A DNA stretch of 64,000 bases, taken from Felis catus. Lineage: Eukaryota. The stretch is from assembly GCF_018350175.1 (NCBI RefSeq), contig NC_058368.1, forward strand, positions 232,874,001 through 232,938,000. Direction: 5' to 3'. The notes beneath the pieces were generated by a model that was given only the letters and a program-made list of their open reading frames with translations, had not been told where the DNA came from and made no database searches. Made by a program: the position numbers and the translations under genes. This document shows positions 36,421 to 48,738 of this stretch, in pieces; within the stretch, counting starts at the first letter, position 1, and every line of letters starts with the position of its first letter.

Positions 36421-36598
36421 TTTTTAAGGTTTATGTATGAGACAGAGGGGCGGGGAGCAGAGAGAGAGGGGGCGGAGGATCTGAAGTGGGCTCTCTGCTG
36501 AGAGCAAACAGCCCAATGCAGGGCTCGAACTCACGAACCCCGAGATCACGACCTGAGCCGAAATCAGACACTTAACCAACTGAGCCAGCCAGGTGCCC
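36421..36598 (-). mobile_element. Can-SINE
   Basis: Reverse body. Confidence 0.87.
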
Positions 36599-36700
36599 TA
36601 TGATCTGATGATTTTTATTCTTTATCCTGTTCATGTGGTTGGTTACACTGATTGATTTTTTTAATGTTTAGCCAGCCTTTCATACCTGGAATAAATCCCA

Positions 36701-36811
36701 CTCTCTGCCCCTCCCCTGCTTACTCTCTGTCTCTGTCTCTCTCTCTCTGTCTCTCTTTCTCTCCAAAGTAAATAAACATTAAAAAAATTAAAAAAAAAAC
36801 ATTTAAAAAAA
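36701..36811 (+). mobile_element. Can-SINE 3' half only
   Basis: ctctctgcccctcccc, (CT)n, aataaacatt and A-tail; no head. Confidence 0.8.
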
Positions 36812-37165
36812 TGTGGGGTTCAAATGGGTAATATTGTGTTGAGGATTTTTGCATCTGAGTTCAGAAAAGGTATCGGTTTCCTTTCCTAGTTTCCTTTCTG
36901 TCATGTCTTTATCTGGTTTTTGGGACTAGGATAATCTATAAGAAATTGTGGAGAATTGGTATCATTTTTTTCTTAAATGTTTGGTAGGATCCACGAGTTA
37001 GGCCATTGGAGCCCAGTGGTCTCTGTTTTAAAATGTTATTAGTTATGGGTTCAATGTCTTTAATAAGTATGGGCTACTCAGGTTATCTATTTTTTGTTGT
37101 TTACGTTTTGGGAGTTTATGCTTTTCAAGAATTTGGTTCATTTAGTCTAAAATATCAAATTTGTT

Positions 37166-37388
37166 GGGGCACCTGGGTGGCTCAGTCGGTTGGGCGTCCG
37201 GCTTCTGCTCAGGTCGTGATCTCGCGGTCCGTGAGTTCGAGCCCCGCATCGGGCTCTGTGCTGACAGCTCAGAGCCTGGCGCCTGTTTCGGATTCTGTGT
37301 CTCCCTCTCTCTCTGACCTTCCCCCGTTCATGCTCTGTCTCTCTCTGTCTCAAAAATGAATAAACGTTTAAAAAGAATTTAAAAAAAT
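37166..37388 (+). mobile_element. Can-SINE
   Basis: Full body; TSD aaaatatcaaatttgtt. Confidence 0.93.
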
Positions 37389-38680
37389 ATCAAATTTGTT
37401 GGCATACAGTTATTCATAGTACTCTTTTATTATTCTTCAATCCATGAGATCAGTATTAATGACCTCTGTCTCATTTCAGAAACTGGTCATTCGTGTCTTG
37501 CCTTAATTCACCATTGGACTGGCTAGAGGTTTATTCATTTAATTGACCTTTTCCAAAACTAACTTTTGGGGTTTTTTTGGTTTCTTCATGGTTTTCCTGT
37601 TTTCAATTGCATGTGAATTTCTACTCTTTTTTTTTTTTTTTTAAATAATTTCTTTTCTGATTCTTTGGGTCTCTTTTCTCTAGTTTCCTAAAGTGCAAGC
37701 TTAGCTCTTTCTTCTTTTGTAACATGTGCACGTAGTGCTATATATTGCCCTCTTGCGAACCGCTTTCCCTGCATCCCACAAATTTTAATGCTATCTTTTC
37801 CTTCTCATTAAATTCAAAATATTTTAAAATTTTCTCCTGCCCCTTCTTCTTCTCCTGCACCTTCTTCTTCTTCGACTTTGGCTTACTTGGAAGTGTGCTG
37901 TTGAATTTCCAAACGTTTGAAGGGTTATCCAGCTATCTTTCTGGTACTGATTATTGTCCTTTAGTCTAATTCTACCGTGGCCTGAGAGCAGACTGTGCAT
38001 GTATTCTGTTCCTTTCCTTTTGTCCTTGGGTGTGGCGTGGCCCAGGATGTGGTCTATCTTGGTGAATATTCCGTGGCGGCATGAAAACCTGTTCGTGTGG
38101 AGCGAAGGCGTGGGGGAGGGGAGGGCGTGCTGTGATCTGTGATTAAGCATCAGCTTCCGTCGGCCTGTGTCTCAGGGCTGTGACCTTCACAAGTGTCTCT
38201 CTACAGTTCAGCTGTCCCGACTCCCTTCACTGACTGAAGTGTTCTCCATTTCCTTCCTTGAAGCCCTGATCCCAGCTGACTCTTTTCCCCACCCTTTATT
38301 CGGGGCAAAAAGTCTTCAGGAGGCTGGAAGGGGATAGATACCCTTCCCCAGTTGGCATGCAGCTTTGGAAAAATAGTTTCCTCTGGAGACTAATATGTGG
38401 ATTTGGCTTCCGGATGCGCCTCTCGTAGGAATAGTATAAGAAGAACCAAAAGGGCTTGTGCCTTAAGTCTCCAGCAGTTGTTGACGTGAAAGCTGTTTGT
38501 CTGTGCAGCACATCAACAGACTCTTACACGAAAGGATTGTCAATCCCCTTAAAATGCCGTGGATGAGGTGACTGTAGGAGGCTGGAGGCTTGGATTAAAC
38601 AGACGAGAGAGGAGGCCAGAAACCAACTATGCGGACTGGCCAGTGACCTTGCCAGGGTTGAACATGATTAAAATGGTGGA

Positions 38681-38895
38681 GGGGCGCCTGGGGGGGCTCA
38701 GTCGGTCAAGCATCTGACTTCAGCTCAGGTCATGAACTCGAAGTTGGTGAGTTCGAGCCCCGCGTCGGGCTCTGTGCTGACGGCTCGGAGCCTGGAGCCT
38801 GCTTTGGATTCTGTGTCTCCCTCTCTCTGCCCCTCACTCCACTCATGCTCTGTTTCTGTCTCTCTCTCTCAAAAATAAATAAATATTAAAAAAAA
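38681..38895 (+). mobile_element. Can-SINE
   Basis: Full body; TSD aatggtgga. Confidence 0.92.
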
Positions 38896-39186
38896 CTTTT
38901 AATGGTGGATAAAGCAACAAGTCCACGTGTCCTTGTCCAGCCAGCTGAAGGGTGTGGTGTCTGACTTCTCTCCAGTGACTTCAGCTCAGGTTAGAGCTGT
39001 TTTAAGCCAGCATTTCAAGAAGGATCTCTTCCTTTAGGGGCTCAAACTGAGAATAACTGTTTCTATTAATGAAAAAACCCAGAAACCAGGATCCTTCCTG
39101 GGCATCATCTAAATCTTCCAGGAGTGGCTGTTTAATCATTTTGTGCCCAATAATGTCAGGGTGGCATAAAAATTGATTGATTAATC

Positions 39187-39413
39187 GGGGCGCCTGGGTG
39201 GCGCAGTCGGTTAAGCGTCCGACTTCAGCCAGGTCACGATCTCGCGGTCCGTGAGTTCGAGCCCCGCATCGGGCTCTGGGCTGATGGCTCGGAGCCTGGA
39301 GCCTGTTTCCGATTCTGTGTCTCCCTCTCTCTCTGCCCCTCCCCCGTTCATGCTCTGTCTCTCTCTGTCCCAAAAATAAATAAAAAAACGTTGAAAAAAA
39401 ATTAAAAAAAAAA
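39187..39413 (+). mobile_element. Young felid SINEC_Fc
   Basis: Near-identical to the 3829 copy; flanked by tgattgattaa. Confidence 0.95.
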
Positions 39414-39436
39414 TGATTGATTAAAAAAAAATAGGC

Positions 39437-39705
39437 TTTTTTTTTAATTTAAATTTTAGTTAGTTAACATACAGTGCAGTATTGGTTTCAGGAATAGAAT
39501 TCAGTGATTCATCACTTACAGAGAACACCTAGGGCTCATCCCAACAAGGCACCTCCTTAATGCCCATCCCCCATCTAACCCATCCCCCACCCACCTCCCT
39601 CCATCAACCCTCAGTTTGTTCTCCATCATTAAGGGTCTCTCATCGTTTGTTTTCCTCTCTTCCCTTTTTCCCCCTCTTCCTATGTGTTCATCCGTTTTGT
39701 TTCCT
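39437..39705 (-). mobile_element. Carnivore LINE-1 3' UTR
   Basis: gttagttaacatacagtg...ctcatcccaacaag...ccatcaaccctcagtttgttctc. Confidence 0.88.
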
Positions 39706-40234
39706 GTTACGGGAAAAGCCATCGGCTTAACTGCTTGAAATTTCACTGTGCATTAAGTGTCTTTCTAGTAACTTCTTTCTTTTATTAAGACAAGAGCGTG
39801 TTTAGCTGTAACTGTGGGAGTATAAGAAAAAAGCATGGCTGAAACACCTTGGAAAAAAAAAAGAATGTACTAAATAAAGGTGATTTTTTTGTTATGCCCC
39901 ATAGCATGGTATAAGTGGGCAGGAGACAGAAGAGAACAGGTTTTGATTTAGGTAGCAGCTTGGCATTACACACGGCATCGTCATACCATGAAACCATTAA
40001 TCTTAGAAGTAAAAGTTAGCTACTATTGGGCGGATTTGTGATGGGACAACATTTTGAAGAGTCTCCTTTGCCTTCCTTCCAAAGGAGAAGAGTCTGATTC
40101 CACTCCAGTGGATGTTTTATAGAAGGAAGAGTGGGGGCAGCCGTAAACAAAGTTTTGGTGGTCCATATATCTGTCGTTGGTCATTGTTGTAACCTGACCT
40201 AGGAGATTAGTCATGCATAACTATTTGGGTATTC

Positions 40235-40303
40235 TTTTTTTTCTAATTTTTGTTTTAAGCTTATTTATTAATTTTGAGAAAGAGACAACAGGAGTCAGGG
40301 AGG

Positions 40304-40345
<42 letters not shown>

Positions 40346-40468
40346 CAAGCAGGCTCTGTGCTGTCAGCACAGAACCTGACACGAGGCTCAAACTCACCAA
40401 CCACGAGATCATGACCTGAGCCAAAACCAAGAGTCAGACGCTTAACCAACTGAGCCACCCAGGCACCC
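40235..40468 (-). mobile_element. Can-SINE
   Basis: Reverse body with expanded (GA)n. Confidence 0.9.
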
Positions 40469-41549
40469 TGGATATTCTTAATAAATACGTAGCCACTCAT
40501 AGTTAGAGATTGGCAAAGTCTACCAATCTTCCACGTGACCTTGATATCGGGGGCGAAAGCAGGTGACAGGCTGAGTTGTACTACATGTAGGAACATGTGC
40601 AAGATGTTTATTTTAGGAAGCATGTCCGCAATAGTCATGTATCCTATTCTGCAAGCTCCATAAGCAGCCAGTTCTCTGAAAGGTTAGGTATTCCTAAACA
40701 TAAAGTCTTGTCTTGGGGCAGACACGACATTCTAGAGGTGGACCCAGTTATGTATCTCATCAGCTTCAAGCAACCGGTATTCTCCAAGTTGGTGGGTGAA
40801 CACAGGATGGTTTCAGAAGCAGGCTTTGGGGGACCTTCTGAAGGATATGTGGGGATGTGTTCACAGGACTCTAAGATCCTGTTCTTGTAAGGATAGGGAT
40901 TGTGTCTCAACAATATCAAGCCCATCATCGTATCTCTAACACCATTAATTTCACCAAGGAAAATCTCGTCCAACCTTTTCAGCACTAACAAAATACAGCT
41001 GGTGTTGACTAGACAGGCAAACAGCCAAAGTGCTCATGGCTACCTCCATGGATTTTAGTCTTTTGATCAACTATTACTTAATGACATGGATCATGCAATG
41101 GTTATAACAGCAACAGGCAAACCCTTGGGAAAGGAACAGAATCACCATGCCCATTCTCGTTTTGTAAATACAATGTATTTCTGTTAGCTCAATGTTTTGA
41201 AAAACACTAAAAATGAATATTTAAGATATTCCACCATGAACCCACACTCTTTCACTTTTTTTGCCCTCCTTCCAAACTTGATTAATATAAATATGCATGA
41301 TTTAGATACTGCTTACTCATAGGCTACATACTGTTTAAGATTCTGATTTTTCCAGACACGCTTCTGCCTCCTTCACCTGTGGTTTCTCTTTCCCCATGTT
41401 TTTTTTTTGTATCTTCTCTTTATATTCTCTTCCATAAAATTGTCCACTTGGTGATGGAATTAGACACTAAGAAAACAGAAACTTAGCAAGGCATCCATCC
41501 CAGACTTAAACCCATAGACGTCATCATGCATAATCATTGCTGACATATA

Positions 41550-41552
<3 letters not shown>

Positions 41553-41600
<48 letters not shown>

Positions 41601-41614
41601 TGTGTGTGTATGTG
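41553..41614. repeat. (TG)19(CG)4 compound alternating purine-pyrimidine microsatellite
   Basis: Directly visible. Confidence 0.95.
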
Positions 41615-41654
41615 GACTTGTGCATTGAGATTATCACTTATGGAGACCTATCAT

Positions 41655-42344
41655 ATAGGATTTTGTTTGCTGGTTGCATAGACAAAAATAAAAACAACTT
41701 ATGTACTGTCATGTAAAAAACAATCATAGGGGTGCCTGGTGGCTCAGTTGGCTAAGTGTCCAACTTTGGCTCAGGTCATGATCTCACGGTTCATGATTCA
41801 AGCCCCACGCCAGGCTCTGTGCTGACAGCTCGGAGCCTGGAGCCTGTTTCAGATTCTGTGTCTCCCTCTCTCTCTGCCTCTCCCCAACTTGCACTCCTTC
41901 TGTCTGTCTCTCTCAAAAAAAAAATAAATAAATAAACACTTAAAAAAATTATAAAAGTAGAAAGTCCAAAACTGTTTTGCTAACTTCTGGGCTAAAGGGA
42001 ACCAAACTCTGTCCATCTTTCTGTTTGACATTCTAAGCCAGACGCTGACATTCTCAAGTTTACCTCGGGGTCCGATGTGGCTGTTGGAGCTCTAGCCATC
42101 TCACTGCGTTCCAAGCAGAGAGGAAGAGAGGGAGTACAAAAAGGCTTTAAACATATGTGCCCATTTTTAGTGTATTTTCATATTTTCCCAAAATAAATCA
42201 CTGGCTAGAAATTAAAATCAAAGAAGGCTAGATTCTTTGGAATCTTTTAGCTGAGTATACCATTGCCCCAAACAAATTCAGGGCCCTGTGACCGTGGGAA
42301 AAGTGTAGAAAGACACTGGCTAGGCAGCTAGTTGTGTCTCTACA
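41655..42344 (-). mobile_element. Old MLT1J-like LTR interrupted by a SINE
   Basis: gatgtggctgttggagctctagccatc..tgcgttccaagcag; cattgccccaaacaaattcaggg; ggcagctag..gtgtctctaca. Confidence 0.55.
41729..41948 (+). mobile_element. Can-SINE
   Basis: Full body. Confidence 0.9.
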
Positions 42345-43202
42345 GTGGCCTTCCCAGCACCCATCAAATCAACCAGGAGCAAAGCTGGCCTTGTCTCTAG
42401 GTGTCTTGTCCAGCCTGAAATCATGTGGTTTTGGGGGTGACTTAGGGAAGCCTGCTTGTCTTTGTGACCAATTGTGGGGGTGGGGGGTGGGGGTGGAGTG
42501 TGTATATCCTTTATTCTGTCCTTGTAAAATTACTGACTTTGGAACTGTCTAGTCCGACCTGCGTCCTGGAAAGCTGAGATTTCCCATGCCTTTCTGTTAC
42601 CCCCAGGCTGCTCCCTCCTGGGGCAGGACCAGTCCTTTGGAGATTCATTCCTATGGATGAAGCAGGATGTGTTTTGAGCCTGGAAAATTGCCAGAGTGCA
42701 AAGCCTCCTGAGCAGAAGTCAGGTCAATAAACCAGGCAAATAAGGCTGTGTTGAAGGGGCGCTTTTTCCTATGAAAGGTAAACTACTGTGTAAGGCAGAG
42801 TGTGCTGGGGCATGATGGTAATGAAGTTCTCAGAACAGGGGAACCGGAGATGGGCAGGTCTGAATTGCAAAAAGCCACATGTCAAACCCTGATTAAAATT
42901 AGTGGCTGCCATTTGTAGACAGAGAGACCGATACCAATGCTGTAAGACTTGCCTTCCAGGAGAGAAACAAAGGTTCGGGCAGGGCAGTGGATGGCCCCCA
43001 GAGGAACGTGCTGAGCTGTAAGTGTGTGAGTCTGCTGTTCTCCCATAGTGAAAAGCCCCAGAACTTTTTGGAAATTTTTTGCCCCAGAAATTACTGGAAA
43101 TTAGGTCAGTCTGGGAACCCCTGAATAACGGTAGGGTTGGACAAATCTTTAGAGCTGAGGGCATTGTTTGTTTGTAATAGTTAACGTTTCCATTCACTTT
43201 CT

Positions 43203-43346
43203 TCTTATTATTATTTGTTTAACGTTTATTCATTTTTGAGAGACAGAGAGAGACACAGCATGAGTGAGGGAGGGGCAGAGAGAGAGGGAGACACAGAATC
43301 CGAAGCAGGCTCCAGGCTCTAACCGACTAAGCCACCCAGGCGCCCC
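43203..43346 (-). mobile_element. Can-SINE with central deletion
   Basis: ccaggctct is joined directly to aaccgactaagccacccagg; TSD tccattcacttt. Confidence 0.88.
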
Positions 43347-43632
43347 TCCATTCACTTTCATTTGAAACAGAAATCCATATATCTCTACTAGAGTAAGCAA
43401 GCACTTTTTAAACAATATGGTGACAACATTTTTTTTCTGGAAAAAAAATGATTGAGTGAAGGTTTTTTGTTCTTTATGCAATAATAATAGTAGTAATAAT
43501 AATAATAATAATAATTAGGTATTAGGGAGTATATTAGCACGTTCTTGGAGCCCGAGAGGGAGGCAACAAATCATACCTTTTAGTAACACACCCAAGAGAT
43601 CTTCAGGTATTACACATCACATTTTTTTAGAC

Positions 43633-43848
43633 TTTTTTTTTTTTTAGTTTATTTATTTGAGAGGGACAGTGACAGTGCAAATGGGGGTTGGACAGAGAGG
43701 GAGACAGAGAGAGACAGAGAGTCCCAAGCAGGCTCTGCAATGCCAGTCCAAAGCCCGATGCGGGGCTGAAACCCACGAAACCCTGAGATCACGACCTGAG
43801 TCGAAACCAAGAGTCAGACGCTCAACTGACTGAGCCACCAGGCTCCCC
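43633..43848 (-). mobile_element. Can-SINE
   Basis: Reverse body. Confidence 0.88.
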
Positions 43849-43948
43849 TTTTTAGATTGGTTTTAAGTTAAAAACTCTACTTTTTATTTTAAAAGGCAAA
43901 GTGCTTAATCTCTGTGTCCAGAAGTCAAAGGTCATCCATCTGTCTTTA

Positions 43949-44170
43949 TTTTTTTTAATTTTTTTTTAACGTTTATTTATTTTTGAGACAGAGAGAGACA
44001 GAGCATGAACAGGGGAGGAGCAGAGAGAGAGGGAGACACAGAATCTGAAACAGGCTCCAGGCTCGGAGCTGTCAGCACAAAGCCCGACGCGGGGCTCGAA
44101 CTCACCGACCGTGAGATCATGACCTGAGCCGAAGTCGGACGCTCAACCGACCGAGCCACCCAGGCGCCCC
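43949..44170 (-). mobile_element. Can-SINE
   Basis: Reverse body; TSD tccatctgtcttta. Confidence 0.93.
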
Positions 44171-45789
44171 CTCCATCTGTCTTTAGAGAAGCAGTAACAA
44201 TAGCAACTCCTCTTTATTCTTCAGGGTGAATATTCACAGGGCTTGAACGTGGTGACGCTGCTTCTCAACGCTTTCCCCTTGGGGCTGTCTAGACACGGTG
44301 ACCTTGGGAGGAAGGCCTGAGCTCTCCGTGGTCCCATTCCTTGCCGCCTTCACTCCTCTGGCGGCTGAGCGAGGCCACCGCGTGCTGGCGTGCCCCGGGA
44401 ACGCGGTGTCCCCGTGTCAGCCACACATCGCGCAGGAGCCCCGTGGGGGCGACCCCGGGGGCAACAATCAGGCGTCAGGCTCGACGCCCACCCGAGTTTC
44501 CGCACGGGCCCAGTGGGTAGAGTTGGTTTGATTTTCACTCCCTGCGGTGCCAACAGGAGGGAGATGGCCGCTGGGAGCACTCATCAACGGGGTCACCGAG
44601 GGCTGAGGCGTCTACACTCTGAAAGTAACACTGAGAGGTAGCAGGGAAAACCTCCTGGGCCGCCGCTCTTGGACAAAGCCACCGTTTCTGGGATCTAAGT
44701 CGTTCGTCTGTTCCAAGGCGGGGCAGCGCCCCCTCTGCTCGGCTCTTCGGGTTTGGGGGGCCTCCACCCACTGGCTTTTGGGCTTGAGCCTCTGTCTCTC
44801 TCTCTCGCCTTACCTTCTAGCTCAATTCCATTCGGCCCAAAGTATTTCATAAAGCTCCTGATGAATAATTCACGCGAATGTACTAACGGTGTATACATTT
44901 TAAAGGAGGAGCCTCCTGGAGCGAGTTCGGCTTTAATAATGTAACAATGTAATGATTCGATGTTGCCAGAAAAGCAGAATTTAATCACACATCTCTCCTC
45001 TCCCTCCTGACCCACCTGTCACAGACGGTTGGCTAATAAATGGGAAGGAAGATTTACTCGGGGAGAATTCTATCAGGAAAGAATCATCATTTGCTCTGTG
45101 TCCGCCTCCTCCTTCCTCGGGAGGCTCGATGCCAGAACTTCCTCCCCAATCAGGATGTTATTGATCATCCACGGCACAGCTTTTGTGTGGGAAGCAGGCC
45201 AGCAACGTGGCCTTTCAGCATGTTGGTGGCCCGGGCACCCCCACTGTCTCACTTCGGTCCCGCCGTGCCTGATGAATGTCACCTGGCGGCTGACTAAATT
45301 AAATTAAAAGCAAAGCAAAACAAAACAACCATCACCACTACGCAGTGACAGAAAAGAAAAAAAAAAAAAAAGACAAACAAAAACCCCAAACCGACAGCCC
45401 AAGCATATCACACCTAATATTTCAAACTTCATAAAGCTTTCCAGGAGGCGAACATGCCATTTTTCATAGGAGACAGAGAGAGGACAGTCTCACTCCTGTC
45501 CCCTCTCCTCACCTGCCTGAAACAAAACAAGCAAGAACACAACCTGAGGGGAATATGCAAACTGTTGTTATAGGATGTAAATGGCTACTTTCAAATTGCT
45601 GCTACTCACCTGACAGCATAGAGCAGGGATCGTCCTCCTCCTGCCGGTAAAACACGGGTCTGTGGACCACAGCCTTACGCGCCTGCAAAGAGCCAACTGT
45701 GAAAGCCTTCAATAGCTACCACGTAAAGCGTTTGGCCCTAAGGGAAAGATAAAGCACTGTGCGTGGATAGAGAGGGTTAAAGGACGGGT

Positions 45790-46340
45790 GGGAACAGGGT
45801 GTGGCTGATGCGGGAAAGAACATTCTGGGCACAGATGGCAGCCAGGCCGGGATTGCAAGCTGGGAGTCCGGAGGGTGCTGCGGACAGCAGAGGAGGTGAG
45901 TGGAACTATCAGGAGGGAGGGCAGCAGGAGGAGAGGTCCCCAAGATTCAGGCCTCCCCCCGGGGACAGGGCTTTGGAGCCCTTTTTAAGGACTTTGTCTT
46001 TACTTTGTCTTTACTGAGATAGAAACCAACGTAGGAGGCTGGTCAGAGGAGAGACATTTCCTTAAATTTAAAGGCTCCTGGTTTTGTGGAGCATCGACTC
46101 TAAGAAGGTAGGCCTAAGGCACAGACCCCAGCAATTCCTAAAAGGCCATTGCAATAATCCAGGCAAGAGGTGCTGGTGCCTCGGACCAGACTAGTTGGGA
46201 CGTGAGAGCGTTGGTCGGGGGGCTGGGAATGAGAAGGGGTCAGTTCAGGATATATCTGGGAGGTGATGTGGACAGGATTGGGTAACAGGTTGCACACAGG
46301 GTCTGAGAAAATTAAGAAGGTAAAGAATGACTCCACGGGG
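45790..46340 (-). mobile_element. L2 fragment
   Basis: aggccattgcaataatccaggcaagag.tg.tggtg; caggatatat.tgg.aggt; aagaatgactcc. Confidence 0.65.
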
Positions 46341-47464
46341 TTGGAGTCTGGGCTACCTCAGGGCGTCACGGTCGAGGGCAGGTCCCGAAGCCCGTATTGT
46401 GGAAGCTGGAACGGGACCAAGGCAGAAGCATCATGGCATGAGGGGCGTGACAGGCCGCCGCTTCATGTTAACGAACTGATCGTCGGATTCCATCCCCAAC
46501 GAACTGATCGCTGTTCGTTTCTTTCTCCCACCAAGGCCCCTGGGCCTTCTGTGATTGGCTTTCAGTCCCTGACCTTCTGGGGTTAGGTGTGCAGCCCGCA
46601 GAGGGTGGAAACCCCGCCCCCCCAGAAATCCCCGGAGCCACAGGCCCCCTGCACCTGACGCGTTTCGCCGCAGAACTGCCCAGCCCCTTCTGCGCCCGCC
46701 TGGGGACAGGGGGCGGGGCGGGGGGCGGGTCTCTTCCCAAGCCAAGAACACGTGCTCACAGGGTAGCAGGGATGTCAGCGTTGATGCTTCTCTCAGAACG
46801 TGGCCTGTCCTGTGGGTGTCATTTAATAAAGGGGAATTACCTGTATACATGAATTGTAATAACAGATCGAAATCATAAAAGCTTGACGCTTTAATTTACT
46901 CCCGGAAGAACTCCAGAAAAACAGAGATGTTTCCGAAATCTTTTTTTTTTTTTTTTTTTCTGAATTTGTTTTCTGATTCCGTCTTCAGAAGCCGTGCCAT
47001 GTGACATTCACAAAAGCAATCTATGTGCATCCGGGATAGAAATAGGCTTCTCTGATGCAGGTGCGCCCTGTGAATCGGAAACTGTGTGACTCCCTATCAT
47101 TTGGGCCACAATTCGTTTCTTGTTAGTAGTGAATTTATGAATCCCAGCTTTCTGCTTTCAACCCTCGCCTTCAGATTCCCCTTTTATTGCTCAGGATGCA
47201 GCAGGATAAAAGGAGAAAATGGAATTGTGATTGCGGAGAGTCCATTGTTTCTTGATTATGACCAAAAATGAGATCAAAAAACACATGTTTAGAGCTTCAA
47301 GCATCCTGGGAGGCTAGATGTAATTCCAGAGAGCTGGGATGACCTCCCGCCTGGATTCCCAATCTCTCCCCTGGGAATCTTCTGCTGTCTGCTCAGTGAG
47401 GCTTCGAGTCATTTAATGGCGCATCCAACAGTGTAAACCGAAGAGTTAGGATTCACATGCAAAT

Positions 47465-47720
47465 CTGTTAGGTAAGGTTATGTTAGTATTGCAATAGATA
47501 ACCCCCAAATTCCCAAGCTGAGCACAACAAAGCTCTAGTTCAGCTCCTGCAACAGTCCCACACGGGGGTGATTAATTGCTGATGGGACAAGAGGGTTGAG
47601 GGACCAGGCTGATGGAAGCAGCTGATCAGTCTGTTTCCTACAACCCCACAGGACATTGCCAGCTAGCCGGGCTGGGATGAGAGAACTTGGAGAAAACAAG
47701 CCTGTTTTCAACCGTTTCAG
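47465..47720 (-). mobile_element. Old MLT1 LTR fragment
   Basis: aacccccaaatt...cacaacaaag...gggaccaggctgatggaagcag. Confidence 0.45.
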
Positions 47721-48212
47721 TCTGGTAAGGATATGCTTCCTGGGTGGAAACTACTCTAGTATTTATCCTAAATCCATGGGAGCATCCAAAGATGGGGGGA
47801 ATCTCAGGGCCATGGGAGAGAAGTCAAAATGGCATTGCTTATGTCAGCGAGATAAAGCAAACCGGCCAGAGGAGGACCTGGTAGTTACAATTTTGCCTGG
47901 TGATTTATTTACTCCCGTTGTCCTTACTCTTAATGAATTCTCATCAATTCTTTCATTCCAGATCTGTTTGCAAGTGAGAAGATTATGTTACCTGTATTTC
48001 AGGGCTTGGGAGGAAAAAGGCGTCAATGTTGCAACATAATGAAATAAAGTCATAGCCCTAAATTCTAAGCCTGGTTGGGAGAGAGCTGTAAATCTCAATG
48101 CGGTTTTTCCTCAAAATTTTTCCACCTGTGTTCTGAGTGTGAATGCCCATTCTCAGGGAAGAATGTGTCCTAGATCTACGTCCACTGATGGAACTACAAA
48201 ATTTCTCCTTAA

Positions 48213-48235
48213 TTTTTTCTTTTTTCTTTTTCTTT

Positions 48236-48282
<47 letters not shown>

Positions 48283-48451
48283 GATAGAGGGCTATGCAGA
48301 AGAGGGGCAGAGGGAGAGAGAGAGAATCCCAAGCAGGTTCCATGCTCGGTGCAGAACCTGACCCAGGGCTTGATCCCATGACCCTGGGACCATGACCTGA
48401 GCCGAAACCGAGAGTCTGACACTTAACCGGCTGAGCCACCCAGGTGCTCCC
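48213..48451 (-). mobile_element. Can-SINE with very long poly(T)
   Basis: Reverse body; T42 at 48238-48279. Confidence 0.9.
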
Positions 48452-48626
48452 AAGATTTAACTTTTACCTGATTTATAAATCAATCGGGTGCAGGTTTGAA
48501 GAAAGAAAGACTAGAGTGGGCATCTATTAAGAACAATTTTGAGCCTGGAGAGAATTGATAAAAAGAACAATCAAAGGTGAGTTTAGAGAGTCTGCTAGTA
48601 AGTGAAGCCTCTCTGTCGGAGCCTAT

Positions 48627-48738
48627 CTCTCTGAGCTGTCAGCACAGAGCCCAAACGTGGGGCTCGAACTTACGAACCATGAGATCGTGACCTGAACCAA
48701 AGTCGGATGCTCAACCGACGGAGCCGCCCAGGCGCCCC
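48627..48738 (-). mobile_element. Can-SINE 5' half only
   Basis: Head region present, tail absent. Confidence 0.85.

Larger units (their letters stand above)
36090..38090 (-). mobile_element. Old L1M ORF2 fragment interrupted by several SINEs
   Basis: tatcaagttgaggaagttccc..ctattcct; ggaataaatcccact; ttgaggatttttgcatct; minus-strand ORF 37824..38150 contains L1 endonuclease-like HG.FTKIDHILGH. Confidence 0.85.
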
